A DNA stretch of 54,911 bases, taken from Candidatus Omnitrophota bacterium. GTDB taxonomy: Bacteria; Omnitrophota; Gorgyraeia; Zapsychrales; Zapsychraceae. The stretch spans positions 2,641 to 57,551 of the forward strand of contig DPIG01000063.1 of the NCBI GenBank assembly GCA_003522725.1. Reading direction: 5' to 3'. This document shows positions 45,788-54,911 of this stretch, in pieces. The position numbers were made by a program, and so were the translations under genes. The notes below the pieces were generated by a model, which was given only the letters and a program-made list of their open reading frames with translations, searched no databases and was not told the origin of the DNA. Every line of letters begins with the position of its first letter. The stretch's first letter is position 1.

Positions 45788-48439
45788 TTATTCCAGACTG
45801 GCGATGACTTGTTTTAATTCCGTCACCCTGGTGTTCAACAACGTTAACCGTTCTTTTTCCCTGGCCACGATTTCTGCCGGAGCTTTTTTCAGGAATTCTT
45901 TATTCCTAAGGCGCTGCGCCAAAGCGCCCAGCGCCTTTTTCTGCTCCTGGACCTGGTTGAGGATCCGCTTTTTTTCCTTGTCCACGTCAATGACCTCGCC
46001 CAGGGGAATGACGCATTTAATGTCCCCGGACAGGACCGTGACGGCGTTTTTGACCTTGCCAGAATTCGGGCCGGCAATCCGGGTGTCCCCCAGCCGCGCC
46101 ATTTGTTTTAAAACGGCCGTGTTCTCTTTAATCAAGGCGGCGTCCTTGGCCGAGGTTGTGACCAAATGGCATTCAATCTGTTCGGCTGGGTTGACGTTCC
46201 ACTGCGAACGGACATTGCGGATCGCCGCGACAAGCGCCATCAGCGTCTGCATCTGTTTCTCCGCGCTTTTGTCGATCAGCTTTTTTGAAACAACCGGCCA
46301 ACCCTGCCGGCACAACGGCCCCTTCTCTTTACCTGTCTTTTCCCACAACTCCTCGGTGACAAACGGCATGAACGGGTGGACCATCTTTAATGTGTCGCGC
46401 AGGACCCCGAAGGCGATTTTCTGGATGGCCGGATCGGCCCAGCGGTCTTTGATGAGCTCCAGATACCAGTCGCAAAAATTTCCCCAGAAAAATTCGTAGA
46501 TCAGGTTCTCCGCCTCGGAGAACCGGTAATGCTCGTTCGCCGTGCCGACTTTTTCCAGCGTCGCGTAAAAACGCGCGATGATCCAGCGCGAGGGCAGATC
46601 CAGAGTCTTTCTGTCAAACTTGGCCAGGTCAACGTCAATGTCCGGATCCTTGACATTCATCAGGATAAGCCGGGAGGCGTTCCACAGTTTATTGGCAAAA
46701 TTGCGGCCGATCTCGAACTTCTCTTTGGAAATGAACAGGTCCTGCCCGGAATTGATGATCAGGCTGTAGCGCAGCGCGTCGGCCCCGTACTCTTTGATGA
46801 TTTCCAGAGGGTCAATGGCGTTGCCCAGGGATTTCGACATCTTGCGTCCTTTCGCGTCACGCACGGTGCCATGGATGTAAACATCCTTAAACGGGATATC
46901 GCCCATAAATTCCTGGCCCGCCATGATCATGCGCGCCACCCAGAAGAAAATGATCTCCGGCGCCGTGAACAACGATGCCGTTGGATAGAAATAATCCCAA
47001 TCCTTCTTGCCCGAGGCCGGCCACCCGAAGGTCGCGAACGGCCACAGCCAGGAAGAGAACCAGGTGTCGAGAACATCCTCATCTTGTTTGAGATTCCCCG
47101 AACCGCAATGCGGGCATTGCGTCGGGGTTGTTTCCGAAACGATTGGCTCTTTGCATTTCAGAGTGCACTTCCCCTCGCCGATACAATACCAGACAGGGAT
47201 CCGGTGCCCCCACCATATCTGACGGGAAATGCACCAGTCACGGATATTCTCCATCCAGTTCAAATAAACCTTTGTCCACCGTGACGGATAAAATTTAATT
47301 TTCCCTTTACGCACCGCTTCAATGGCCGGCTTGGCCAGCGGGCCCATGCGCACAAACCACTGTTTGGACAGATACGGCTCGACCACCGTGTGGCAGCGGT
47401 AACAATGCCCGACGGCATGCGTATGCGGCTCTATTTTCTCCAGCAATTTCAGCTGACGCAGTTCCTCAACGATGGCCTCCCGCGCCTCAAAACGGTCCAT
47501 CCCTTCGAACTTGCCGGCGCGCTGGTTTAAAACACCGTCCGGCCTCATGACGTTGACGAATTCCAGTTTATGGCGCCTGCCCATCGCGAAATCATTGGGG
47601 TCGTGCGCCGGGGTGACCTTCACCGCCCCAGTCCCGAATTTGGGATCGACACATTCATCGGAGATCACCTTGATCTCGCGGTCAACGAACGGAAGCGTCA
47701 AGGTCTTGCCGGCATATTTCTTGTACCGTTTGTCTTTGGGGTTGACCGCGACGGCCGTATCCCCCAGCATGGTCTCCGGACGCGTGGTCGCCACAACAAT
47801 GCATTGACGGGGATCGTCCTTGAGCGGATATCGCAGGTGATACAAATTCCCCTGCAGGTCGCGGTGTTCCGCCTCTTCGTCGGAAAGCGCGGTCTGGCAG
47901 CGCGGGCACCAGTTGATGATATATTCTCCCTGATAGATCAGCCCTTTTTTATACAAACGGATAAACACGCTGCGCACCGCCTGGCTGTAGCCCTCATCCA
48001 TGGTAAAACGGGCGCGCGGCCAGTCGCAGGACGCCCCTAACTTTTTTAACTGATGGATGATCGTGTCGCCATATTCGCGCTTCCAGGCCCAAAGGCGTTC
48101 CAAAAATTCTTCGCGGCTCAGATCATGGCGGGTTTTTCCTTCTTTGGAAAGCTGGCGTTCAACGACATTCTGGGTGGCGATCCCCGCGTGATCGGTGCCC
48201 GGCATCCAGAGCGCTTCAAACCCGCGCATCCGTTTATACCGGACCATGATATCCTGCAGGGTGTTGTTCAGGGCGTGGCCCATGTGCAGGATCCCCGTCA
48301 CATTGGGCGGCGGGATGACAACCGTGTAGGGCTTCTTGTCGGGATTGACTTCGGCGTGAAAAAGGTTGTTGTCGACCCAATACCGGCTCCATTTGGCGTC
48401 GACCTCGTTGAAATTAAAACGGGAGGATAATTCGATCAT
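45788..48439 (-). CDS. valS: Valine--tRNA ligase
   Basis: PPPNVTG.LHMGHA, DHAGIATQ, DWCISRQ, KMSKS, C-terminal coiled coil; start MIELSS. Confidence 0.97.
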   Translation of the reverse strand: MIELSSRFNFNEVDAKWSRYWVDNNLFHAEVNPDKKPYTVVIPPPNVTGILHMGHALNNTLQDIMVRYKRMRGFEALWMPGTDHAGIATQNVVERQLSKEGKTRHDLSREEFLERLWAWKREYGDTIIHQLKKLGASCDWPRARFTMDEGYSQAVRSVFIRLYKKGLIYQGEYIINWCPRCQTALSDEEAEHRDLQGNLYHLRYPLKDDPRQCIVVATTRPETMLGDTAVAVNPKDKRYKKYAGKTLTLPFVDREIKVISDECVDPKFGTGAVKVTPAHDPNDFAMGRRHKLEFVNVMRPDGVLNQRAGKFEGMDRFEAREAIVEELRQLKLLEKIEPHTHAVGHCYRCHTVVEPYLSKQWFVRMGPLAKPAIEAVRKGKIKFYPSRWTKVYLNWMENIRDWCISRQIWWGHRIPVWYCIGEGKCTLKCKEPIVSETTPTQCPHCGSGNLKQDEDVLDTWFSSWLWPFATFGWPASGKKDWDYFYPTASLFTAPEIIFFWVARMIMAGQEFMGDIPFKDVYIHGTVRDAKGRKMSKSLGNAIDPLEIIKEYGADALRYSLIINSGQDLFISKEKFEIGRNFANKLWNASRLILMNVKDPDIDVDLAKFDRKTLDLPSRWIIARFYATLEKVGTANEHYRFSEAENLIYEFFWGNFCDWYLELIKDRWADPAIQKIAFGVLRDTLKMVHPFMPFVTEELWEKTGKEKGPLCRQGWPVVSKKLIDKSAEKQMQTLMALVAAIRNVRSQWNVNPAEQIECHLVTTSAKDAALIKENTAVLKQMARLGDTRIAGPNSGKVKNAVTVLSGDIKCVIPLGEVIDVDKEKKRILNQVQEQKKALGALAQRLRNKEFLKKAPAEIVAREKERLTLLNTRVTELKQVIASLE

Positions 48440-48450
48440 AAGGGCGGGAT

Positions 48451-50022
48451 TTAATGCTTTTTTTGATCCTTGAGCAGCTTGTATTCGATACTGTCCGTTA
48501 ACGCTTCCCATGATGCTTCAATAATATTCTCATGGACACCGACCGTCGTCCAGGAATCCGTATTATCCTGCGACTCAATCAGGACGCGCACTTTGGCGGC
48601 GGTCCCTTCTTTCGTATCCAGGACGCGCACCTTGTAATCAGTCAGGCGCATCTCCTTCAGGCGCGGATAAGATTTGGTCAACGCCTGACGCAGGGCCTTG
48701 TCGAGCGCCTCCACGGGGCCGTCGCCTTCCGCGGCATTGTACACGCTTTCGCCGCCGACGCTCACGCGTACCGACGCCTCGGCGAAAACCTTCCCGTCAA
48801 AACGCTTTTCCGAAACCGTGCGGAACCCTTCGAGCTTGAAAAATGGTTTATATTTCTTGAGTGAACGCTTGACGAATAATTCGAAAGAAGCGTCCGCCGC
48901 CTCGAACTGATAACCACCGTGCTCCTTATGCTGAAGCGCCTCCAGCAGTTCCCTGGCCTCGGGCGATTTTTTATCCAAATGCACATCCATCTGTTCGGCT
49001 TTCAGGAGAATTGGCATCTTTCCGGCCAACTCGGAAGTGATAAACCGGCGGTGATTGCCGACCCTGGCCGGATCGACATGTTCATAGGCAAGCGGATTCT
49101 TGAGCATGGCATCGATATGCACGCCCCCCTTGTGGGCGAAAGCGGAATGTCCCACAAAGGCCGCGTTGTCGGGCAACTTGAAATTGCTTATCTCACTGAT
49201 AAAGTAAGAAGTCTCCATCAATTTCACCACGTTCTTTTCGGGGATCGACGGCTTGTTGAGTTTGGTCGACAGGATCCCGATGATGGTGCACAGGTCCGCG
49301 TTGCCGCAGCGCTCACCCAGGCCGTTGAACGTCCCCTGCACGTGCACGCAACCCGCTTCAACCGCCGCGATGCTGTTGGCCACCCCCATGCCCAGATCAT
49401 CGTGAGTATGGATACCCAGCGGTACGCGGATCTTCTTTTTTACTGTGCCGGCGATCTCTTTGACTTCCGTCGGCAATGTCCCGCCGTTTGTGTCGCACAA
49501 CACGACGCAGTCCGCGCCGGCCTTTTGCGCCGCCAAAATAGTTTTCAGGGCATATTCGGGATTACGCTTATAGCCGTCAAAAAAATGTTCCGCGTCATAA
49601 ATGACTTCCCGCTTGTTCTTTTTCAAATATTCAACCGAATCGGCGACCATGGCCAGATTTTCTTCCAGCGTTGTGCGCAACACATCCGTAACGTGAAGAT
49701 CCCAGCTCTTTCCAAAGATAGTTACCGTGGGAGTTTCCGAGGCGACCAATTCTTTGAGATTCTGATCTTCTGCGGCCTTCACCTTGGCCCGGCGGGTCGA
49801 CCCGAACGCGGCGATTTTCGCGTGCTTCCATTTGCGCCCTTTGACGCTCTGAAAATATTCCTTGTCCTTGGGGTTAGAGCCCGGCCATCCGCCCTCGATA
49901 TAGTGAACGCCCAGGTCGTCGAGCTTCTCGGTGATCTTGATCTTGTCCTGCACCGTGAAGGAAATGCCCTCGGTCTGGGAACCGTCGCGCAGCGTCGTAT
50001 CGTATATGGTTATTTTTGTCAT
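48451..50022 (-). CDS. cimA: Citramalate synthase (bacterial CimA type, LeuA-related)
   Basis: YDTTLRDGSQ, IEGGWPGSNPKD, DAEHFFDG, HKGGVH, regulatory domain NIIEASWEAL. Confidence 0.88.
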   Translation of the reverse strand: MTKITIYDTTLRDGSQTEGISFTVQDKIKITEKLDDLGVHYIEGGWPGSNPKDKEYFQSVKGRKWKHAKIAAFGSTRRAKVKAAEDQNLKELVASETPTVTIFGKSWDLHVTDVLRTTLEENLAMVADSVEYLKKNKREVIYDAEHFFDGYKRNPEYALKTILAAQKAGADCVVLCDTNGGTLPTEVKEIAGTVKKKIRVPLGIHTHDDLGMGVANSIAAVEAGCVHVQGTFNGLGERCGNADLCTIIGILSTKLNKPSIPEKNVVKLMETSYFISEISNFKLPDNAAFVGHSAFAHKGGVHIDAMLKNPLAYEHVDPARVGNHRRFITSELAGKMPILLKAEQMDVHLDKKSPEARELLEALQHKEHGGYQFEAADASFELFVKRSLKKYKPFFKLEGFRTVSEKRFDGKVFAEASVRVSVGGESVYNAAEGDGPVEALDKALRQALTKSYPRLKEMRLTDYKVRVLDTKEGTAAKVRVLIESQDNTDSWTTVGVHENIIEASWEALTDSIEYKLLKDQKKH

Positions 50023-51248
50023 CAAACCAGCGCCTCTAACCCGAACTTCTGGTGCAACGCGCGCACAGCTTTTTCCGCGTGCCTTTGACTGATAATGCAG
50101 GAAATGCTGATCTCCGATGTTGAAATCATATCAATGTTGATCTTGTTTTCCGCCAGCACCTGGAACATCTTTGCCGCGATCCCGTGGTGGGAACGCATCC
50201 CGGAACCGACAATCGAAACGCGCGCGATTCTTTTGTCAAAAAGGACCTCCCCCGCGCGGATCTTCTGGGCGACCGCTTTGGCCGCCTGGATCGCTTTAGG
50301 CAGGTCGCTTTTCAAGACCGTGAAAGAAATGTCCGTGAGCTTGGTATGGCTGACATTCTGGACGATCATATCGACGTTGACGTCCATTTTGGAAATGTCG
50401 GTAAATATCTTGGCCGCGATCCCCGTCTGGTCGGGCACGGCGCAGATGGTGATCTTCGCTTCGGATTTGTTGCAAGTAACGCCGCGCACGGCAATCTCTT
50501 CCATCTTTTCATTCTTCTTGACGATCATGGTCCCTTCCTCCTTCGAGAAGCTTGAACGCACGTGAATGGGAATATTATATTTCTTGGCGACTTCGATGGA
50601 ACGCGCCTGCATGACCTGCGCGCCCAAAGAGGCCATTTCCAGCATTTCTTCAAAGGTGATCGTTTTGATCTTCTTGGCTTTTGGCTCAATACGCGGGTCC
50701 GTCGTATAGATCCCTTGAACGTCCGTGTAGATTTCGCAAACCCTCGCCCTTAAAGCCTTGGCCAGCGCCACGGCGGTCAAATCCGATCCGCCACGGCCCA
50801 AAGTCGTGATCTCATTCTCGTCCGTGACCCCTTGATAACCGGCGACAATAACGATTTTGTTCTCCGCCAGGGCCTTGCGGATCCGCCGGCCGCTGATCGT
50901 CTCAATGCGGGCTTTCGTGTGACTATGGTCCGTTTTAATTCCGACCTGCGGTCCCGTGAACGAAATCGCGTCGTGCCCGCACTGCTTGACGGCGATCGCC
51001 AGAAGCGCGCAGGAAATTTGTTCTCCCGTCGACATGAGCATGTCCATTTCGCGGTCCGAGGGGTCCCTGGAAAGCTTCAGGGCCATCGCCTCAAGCTCAT
51101 CGGTCGTGTCCCCCAGGGCGGAGACAACCACGACCAGGTGATTACTGCCCGTTTTGGTGGCGACCACCCGGCGCGCGACCGCCCGGATGCGCTCAATGTT
51201 GGCCACCGAGGAACCACCATACTTTTGCACCACAATATATTTCTTCAT
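50022..51248 (-). CDS. lysC: Aspartate kinase
   Basis: VQKYGGSSV, TLGRGGSD, two ACT domains, ISTSEI; start 51248 or 51263. Confidence 0.95.
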   Translation of the reverse strand: MKKYIVVQKYGGSSVANIERIRAVARRVVATKTGSNHLVVVVSALGDTTDELEAMALKLSRDPSDREMDMLMSTGEQISCALLAIAVKQCGHDAISFTGPQVGIKTDHSHTKARIETISGRRIRKALAENKIVIVAGYQGVTDENEITTLGRGGSDLTAVALAKALRARVCEIYTDVQGIYTTDPRIEPKAKKIKTITFEEMLEMASLGAQVMQARSIEVAKKYNIPIHVRSSFSKEEGTMIVKKNEKMEEIAVRGVTCNKSEAKITICAVPDQTGIAAKIFTDISKMDVNVDMIVQNVSHTKLTDISFTVLKSDLPKAIQAAKAVAQKIRAGEVLFDKRIARVSIVGSGMRSHHGIAAKMFQVLAENKINIDMISTSEISISCIISQRHAEKAVRALHQKFGLEALV

Positions 51249-51271
51249 CTTTTTATGAACCACGTTCTCAC

Positions 51272-52474
51272 TTAACTTTTTGTCATAAATTTCTTAAGAA
51301 GCGCCTCGCCGCTCGCGAATTTCAGCCCCTTTTCCTTCGCCAGGGCTTCGGTAAGCCGTGGCGCGGCATCCGGCTGGACGTCTTTACCGTACATCACAAA
51401 ACAAACAGGGTCCGAAGTGTGGGTGCGCAACTCAACGGGTGTCGGATGATCCGGCAAAACCAGGATACGCGCGTCCTCGTATTGTCCGAAGTAATTCAGA
51501 ACCGTTCCGATGATTTCCCGGTCGATCCTCTCGATGCAACTGATCTTGGCGTCCAGATCGCCGTTATGCCCGGCCTCATCGGGTGCCTCGATATGGACAT
51601 AGACAAAATCGTTTTTCTTCAAAGATTCAAGGGCATACTGCGCTTTGCCAAAATAATTCGTATCATAATACCCCGTTATCCCGGGGACGTCAATGACTTC
51701 AAGCCCGGCCAGGCGGCCGATCCCGTTGACCAGATCGACGGCGGAGATGATCCCTCCGCGCACACCGAATTTCTGCTCAAAAGACGGCAGGTTGGGACGC
51801 ACGCCCTGACCCCACAACCAGATCATCGTGGCCGGGTGTTCTTTCAAGTCGGCGCGTACCTGATTGACGGGATGTTGCGCAAAAATAGTTTTGGATTTCT
51901 CCATCAACATCAAAAGCATCTCCGCCGCGGGCGCTTTGCCGGGAAGAAAGTCGCGGATATCCTGATCGATGATATCATGCGGCGGATGGGTCTTGACCTG
52001 CATATATTCTTTCACCCGATTTCCTTTCACGACCAGAAGATGTCGGTAACTTTTTCCCGGGTAAAATTTAATACCCTCCTGAACGATCTCACGATTAAGC
52101 GCCTCGATCAAGATCGTGGCCTCTTTGGTAGGGATGTGTCCGGCGCTGTAATCGATCATTTTGTGGTCAGCGACCGTGACCAGATTACAACGAAACGCCA
52201 CCTCATCATCCGCGAGGATAATATTCTGGTTGGCCGCCTCCAGCGGCGCGCGGCCCGTGCGGCAGACTTTAGGATCATAGCCCAGGATCGCCATATTGCC
52301 GATGTCCGATCCCGGGCTCATTCCGTCGGGAATCGTTTGCACCAGCCCCACCGCCCCCTGCTGGGCCAAAAAATCCATGTTGGGCGTCCTGGCCGCTTCC
52401 AGAGGCGTTTTGTTCCCTATCCGCGCGATCGGGTAATCCGCCATGCCGTCCGGGACGATCACAATGTATTTCAT
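51272..52474 (-). CDS. Cofactor-independent phosphoglycerate mutase (ApgM-like) / proposed alternative homoserine kinase
   Basis: DGMAD, PGSD, APDEAGH, PDHPTP, HT alkaline-phosphatase-superfamily motifs; inside the thr operon. Confidence 0.8.
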   Translation of the reverse strand: MKYIVIVPDGMADYPIARIGNKTPLEAARTPNMDFLAQQGAVGLVQTIPDGMSPGSDIGNMAILGYDPKVCRTGRAPLEAANQNIILADDEVAFRCNLVTVADHKMIDYSAGHIPTKEATILIEALNREIVQEGIKFYPGKSYRHLLVVKGNRVKEYMQVKTHPPHDIIDQDIRDFLPGKAPAAEMLLMLMEKSKTIFAQHPVNQVRADLKEHPATMIWLWGQGVRPNLPSFEQKFGVRGGIISAVDLVNGIGRLAGLEVIDVPGITGYYDTNYFGKAQYALESLKKNDFVYVHIEAPDEAGHNGDLDAKISCIERIDREIIGTVLNYFGQYEDARILVLPDHPTPVELRTHTSDPVCFVMYGKDVQPDAAPRLTEALAKEKGLKFASGEALLKKFMTKS

Positions 52475-53115
52475 AATTGCTCGCTTAGAATGCGCACTAA
52501 CGCCTTCGACATTTTCGCGCGGCCGGCCGCGCTTGCCAAAAGGGCGTCATCCTTATCCAAAATAAATCCTTTATAGCCGCGCGCGGTCAATGCGTTCGCC
52601 ACGACAACATCACAATCCGCTTCGCGGAAAAGCTCCCGGGCCTTCCGGCGCGCCGATTTCCGGGAAATGTGTGGTTCGAGTTTAAACCCGGCCAGAAATG
52701 CCTTTGGCGCAAGTCGTTTGACGGTACGGATCAATTTCGGCGTCGCCACGAATTCCAGTCTTAATGTCTTCTTCGCTGACGCAAGCTTATGCCGCACCGG
52801 CCTTTTTAATTTGTAATCAGCCACCGCGGCGGCATGGATGACCGCGTCGATATCCTTGCGTAATTCCTGTTTTAACAACTTCTGCAATTCGTCAAAAAAA
52901 CAAAACTTCAAGATCCGTATCGAGCGGGAGGAAAGCGGCACGGCCACGGGGCCCTCCAACAGGGTCACCTTCGCCCCGGAGCGCGCGCAATCGAGCGCGA
53001 CGCGTTGGCCCAATGCGCCGCTGGAAATATTGCTCACCACGCGCACCGCGTCGATGGGGACCCACGTGGGCCCGCAGGTGATGAGAATTTTCTTGTTCTT
53101 GAGGGAATATCCCAC
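52471..53115 (-). CDS. coaB: Stand-alone CoaB-like phosphopantothenate--cysteine ligase (DFP C-terminal domain)
   Basis: ITCGPTWVPIDAVRVVSNISSG, HAAAVADY, GFKLE, VVAN; no flavoprotein CoaC domain. Confidence 0.75.
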   Translation of the reverse strand: MGYSLKNKKILITCGPTWVPIDAVRVVSNISSGALGQRVALDCARSGAKVTLLEGPVAVPLSSRSIRILKFCFFDELQKLLKQELRKDIDAVIHAAAVADYKLKRPVRHKLASAKKTLRLEFVATPKLIRTVKRLAPKAFLAGFKLEPHISRKSARRKARELFREADCDVVVANALTARGYKGFILDKDDALLASAAGRAKMSKALVRILSEQL

Positions 53116-53127
53116 AGCGGCCGGTCC

Positions 53128-54183
53128 TTAAAGCCCGATCTCTTTTAGAATGGCCTTGACCTCCGGCTTCAGGGAAACCGGCGGCTGAACGTTCTTGATG
53201 GCGATATCCGGGTCTTTAAGACCGTGGCCTGTCAGGGTGCATACGATGCGGGCGCCTTTATACTTTTTAAAATATCCGGCCTTATGCAATTTGAGCATGC
53301 CGGCCACCGAAGCGGCTGAAGCCGGTTCAGCGAAAACCCCGCTTTGTGAAGCCAGGCGTTTATAGGCATCGAGGATTTCCGCGTCAGTCACGGAATCGAT
53401 CAGCCCTCCCGATTCATCCCGGGCGGCTTCGGCGCTTTTCCAGCTGGCCGGGTTGCCGATCTTGATGGCGGTCGCGATCGTTTCCGGATGATCAACAATC
53501 TTCCCGGAGACAATCGGCGCCGCGCCCGCGGCCTGAAATCCCAGCATCTTCGGCAGCTGTTTTGATCTTCCAGCTTTTTTATATTCCCCGTAACCTTTCC
53601 AGTAGGCCGTGATATTGCCGGCGTTGCCGACGGGGATCGCGTGAAACTCGGGCGCAGTTTTAAGCACATCACAAATTTCAAAGGCCGCTGATTTCTGCCC
53701 TTCGATGCGAAACGGATTGATCGAATTGACCAGTTCAACAGGATATTTCTCTGTGATTTCCCGTACCAGGGTTAAGGCTTCGTCAAAATTCCCTTTGACC
53801 GCGATGACCTTGGCCTGGTGGATCATGGCCTGGGCAAGCTTGCCCAAGGCGATATTGCCTTCGGGGATCAAGACCACGCACCGCATGCCGCTTCGCGCTG
53901 AATAGGCGGCGGCCGAGGCCGAGGTGTTTCCCGTCGAAGCGCACATGACGATTCGACAGCCCTTCTCTTTAGCTTTAGAGATCGCCATCGTCATCCCGCG
54001 GTCTTTAAACGACCCCGTGGGATTCAGTCCTTCGTATTTTAAATAAACTTCCAGACCGGTTTCTTCGGATAAGTCACGGGAAGGGACAAGGGGAGTATTT
54101 CCCTCAAGGAGTGTAACGACGGGGGTTTTGGGGGTAACGGGCAGGAAATCCCGGTACTCTTCAATGACGCCTTTCCAGCTCAC
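53128..54183 (-). CDS. thrC: Threonine synthase
   Basis: EGNTPL, NPTGSFKDRG (PLP Lys), ASTGNTS, PVGNAGN, TGHGLKDP; GTG start overlapping the hom stop. Confidence 0.95.
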   Translation of the reverse strand: MSWKGVIEEYRDFLPVTPKTPVVTLLEGNTPLVPSRDLSEETGLEVYLKYEGLNPTGSFKDRGMTMAISKAKEKGCRIVMCASTGNTSASAAAYSARSGMRCVVLIPEGNIALGKLAQAMIHQAKVIAVKGNFDEALTLVREITEKYPVELVNSINPFRIEGQKSAAFEICDVLKTAPEFHAIPVGNAGNITAYWKGYGEYKKAGRSKQLPKMLGFQAAGAAPIVSGKIVDHPETIATAIKIGNPASWKSAEAARDESGGLIDSVTDAEILDAYKRLASQSGVFAEPASAASVAGMLKLHKAGYFKKYKGARIVCTLTGHGLKDPDIAIKNVQPPVSLKPEVKAILKEIGL

Positions 54184-54911
54184 CACAATTTCTCCATGCG
54201 GATGGCAACGGGTTTGCTTTTGACGATCGGAAGTTCCCAGATTTTCTTGAGGGCCAGACGCAAATTCTTCTCCAGCGTATAATCCGTCAACATGACAACC
54301 GGCACAGCCCACGCCGCGGTGTGCGCCGGCTGGGTGACGGAATTCAAGCCGATCCCGTAGCGGCCCAGGACGCTGGTGATCTTGCCCAGGACCCCGGGTT
54401 TGTCGGTCGCCATAAACCGGATATAAAACCGGGTCTTGATCTGGTCGATCTTGCGGATCCGGAAATTGGGCGCCTCGCTGTACAAGTTGCAAAGCAAATT
54501 CGCGTCCGCGCCGCGGGACGCCAGATTCAAAAGGTCGCTCACCACCCCCGATGCCGCCGCCATCTGCCCCGCACCCTCCCCGGAGAGGAGCACGTCTCCC
54601 AGGGGGTTGGCGTTTAGATAAAACGCGTTGTGAATGCCGCTGATCGAGGCCAGCGGATGGACTTTCGGGATAAGCGTGGGATGCACGCGGGCTTCCACGA
54701 TGTTCTCATAACGCTTGGCGATCGCCAAAAGTTTAATGGTCAGGTTCAAACTCTCGGCATAAGCGATATCATCGTGCGAAATATGCGTGATCCCTTCGGT
54801 GTAAATGTCGCTGACCTTCACGAACTTTCCAAAAGCGAGATACGCCAAAATCGCCAGCTTGTGGGTGGAGTCCATCCCGTTGATATCCAGCGTCGGGTTG
54901 CTTTCCGCGAA
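54180..54911 (-). CDS. hom: Homoserine dehydrogenase, C-terminal part (runs off the window edge)
   Basis: NPTLDING.DSTHKL, ARVHPT, GEGAG, C-terminal ACT domain (DKPGVLG). Confidence 0.92.
   Translation of the reverse strand, partial: FAESNPTLDINGMDSTHKLAILAYLAFGKFVKVSDIYTEGITHISHDDIAYAESLNLTIKLLAIAKRYENIVEARVHPTLIPKVHPLASISGIHNAFYLNANPLGDVLLSGEGAGQMAAASGVVSDLLNLASRGADANLLCNLYSEAPNFRIRKIDQIKTRFYIRFMATDKPGVLGKITSVLGRYGIGLNSVTQPAHTAAWAVPVVMLTDYTLEKNLRLALKKIWELPIVKSKPVAIRMEKLW

Noticed and set aside
48919-52576. Long + strand ORFs (48919-50088, 51419-52576) and similar shadows such as 16539-17462 (-) and 16624-17643 (+)
   Set aside because: Antisense or alternate-frame shadows of well-supported genes, with no recognisable motifs
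53128-54492. ORF-track N-terminal extensions (thrC from 54492, valS from 48511, epsI from 25659, TPR from 29397, HEPN from 6700)
   Set aside because: They overlap upstream genes; homology-like sequence starts at downstream start codons close to the previous stop
1146-54581. KOPS (GGGNAGGG) polarity as support for dif
   Set aside because: Several copies point toward dif (1364, 20010, ~30793, 33542, and 54574 on -), but at least two point away (1146, 14698); too few spotted by eye to conclude

Overview
Bacterial chromosomal window that probably spans the replication terminus. A dif-like XerC/D site lies at 34874-34901, and nearly all genes converge on it (+ strand to the left, - strand to the right). 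Gene content is reminiscent of PVC-group/Omnitrophota bacteria, but that is an inference. The left ~34 kb is a surface-polysaccharide plus PEP-CTERM/exosortase locus. It holds GT2/GT4 glycosyltransferases, a TagF-like protein, Wzy/O-antigen ligase, acetyl/acyltransferases, a DUF4091/GH123-like hydrolase, two CE4 deacetylases, exosortase with EpsI, a sigma54-driven operon of three PEP-motif genes, a TPR protein and a GAF kinase / NtrC-type regulator / PocR-GAF triad. Embedded in it are two TA modules (MNT-HEPN and AbiEii-XRE), a minor-pilin trio, and a 1148-aa beta-helix/Cys-repeat protein behind a c-di-GMP-I riboswitch. The most striking feature is a priming phosphoglycosyl transferase that carries a signal peptide and an internal PEP-CTERM sorting motif upstream of its catalytic domain. 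The same operon encodes a tiny lipoprotein with a PEP-CTERM tail and no folded domain. The right ~20 kb is mostly housekeeping: an Xdh-family molybdoenzyme with XdhC/MocA, cyclophilin, CPBP protease, nadC, valS, cimA, lysC, an apgM-like gene, coaB-only, thrC and partial hom. All calls come from reading motifs by eye; no database searches were run.
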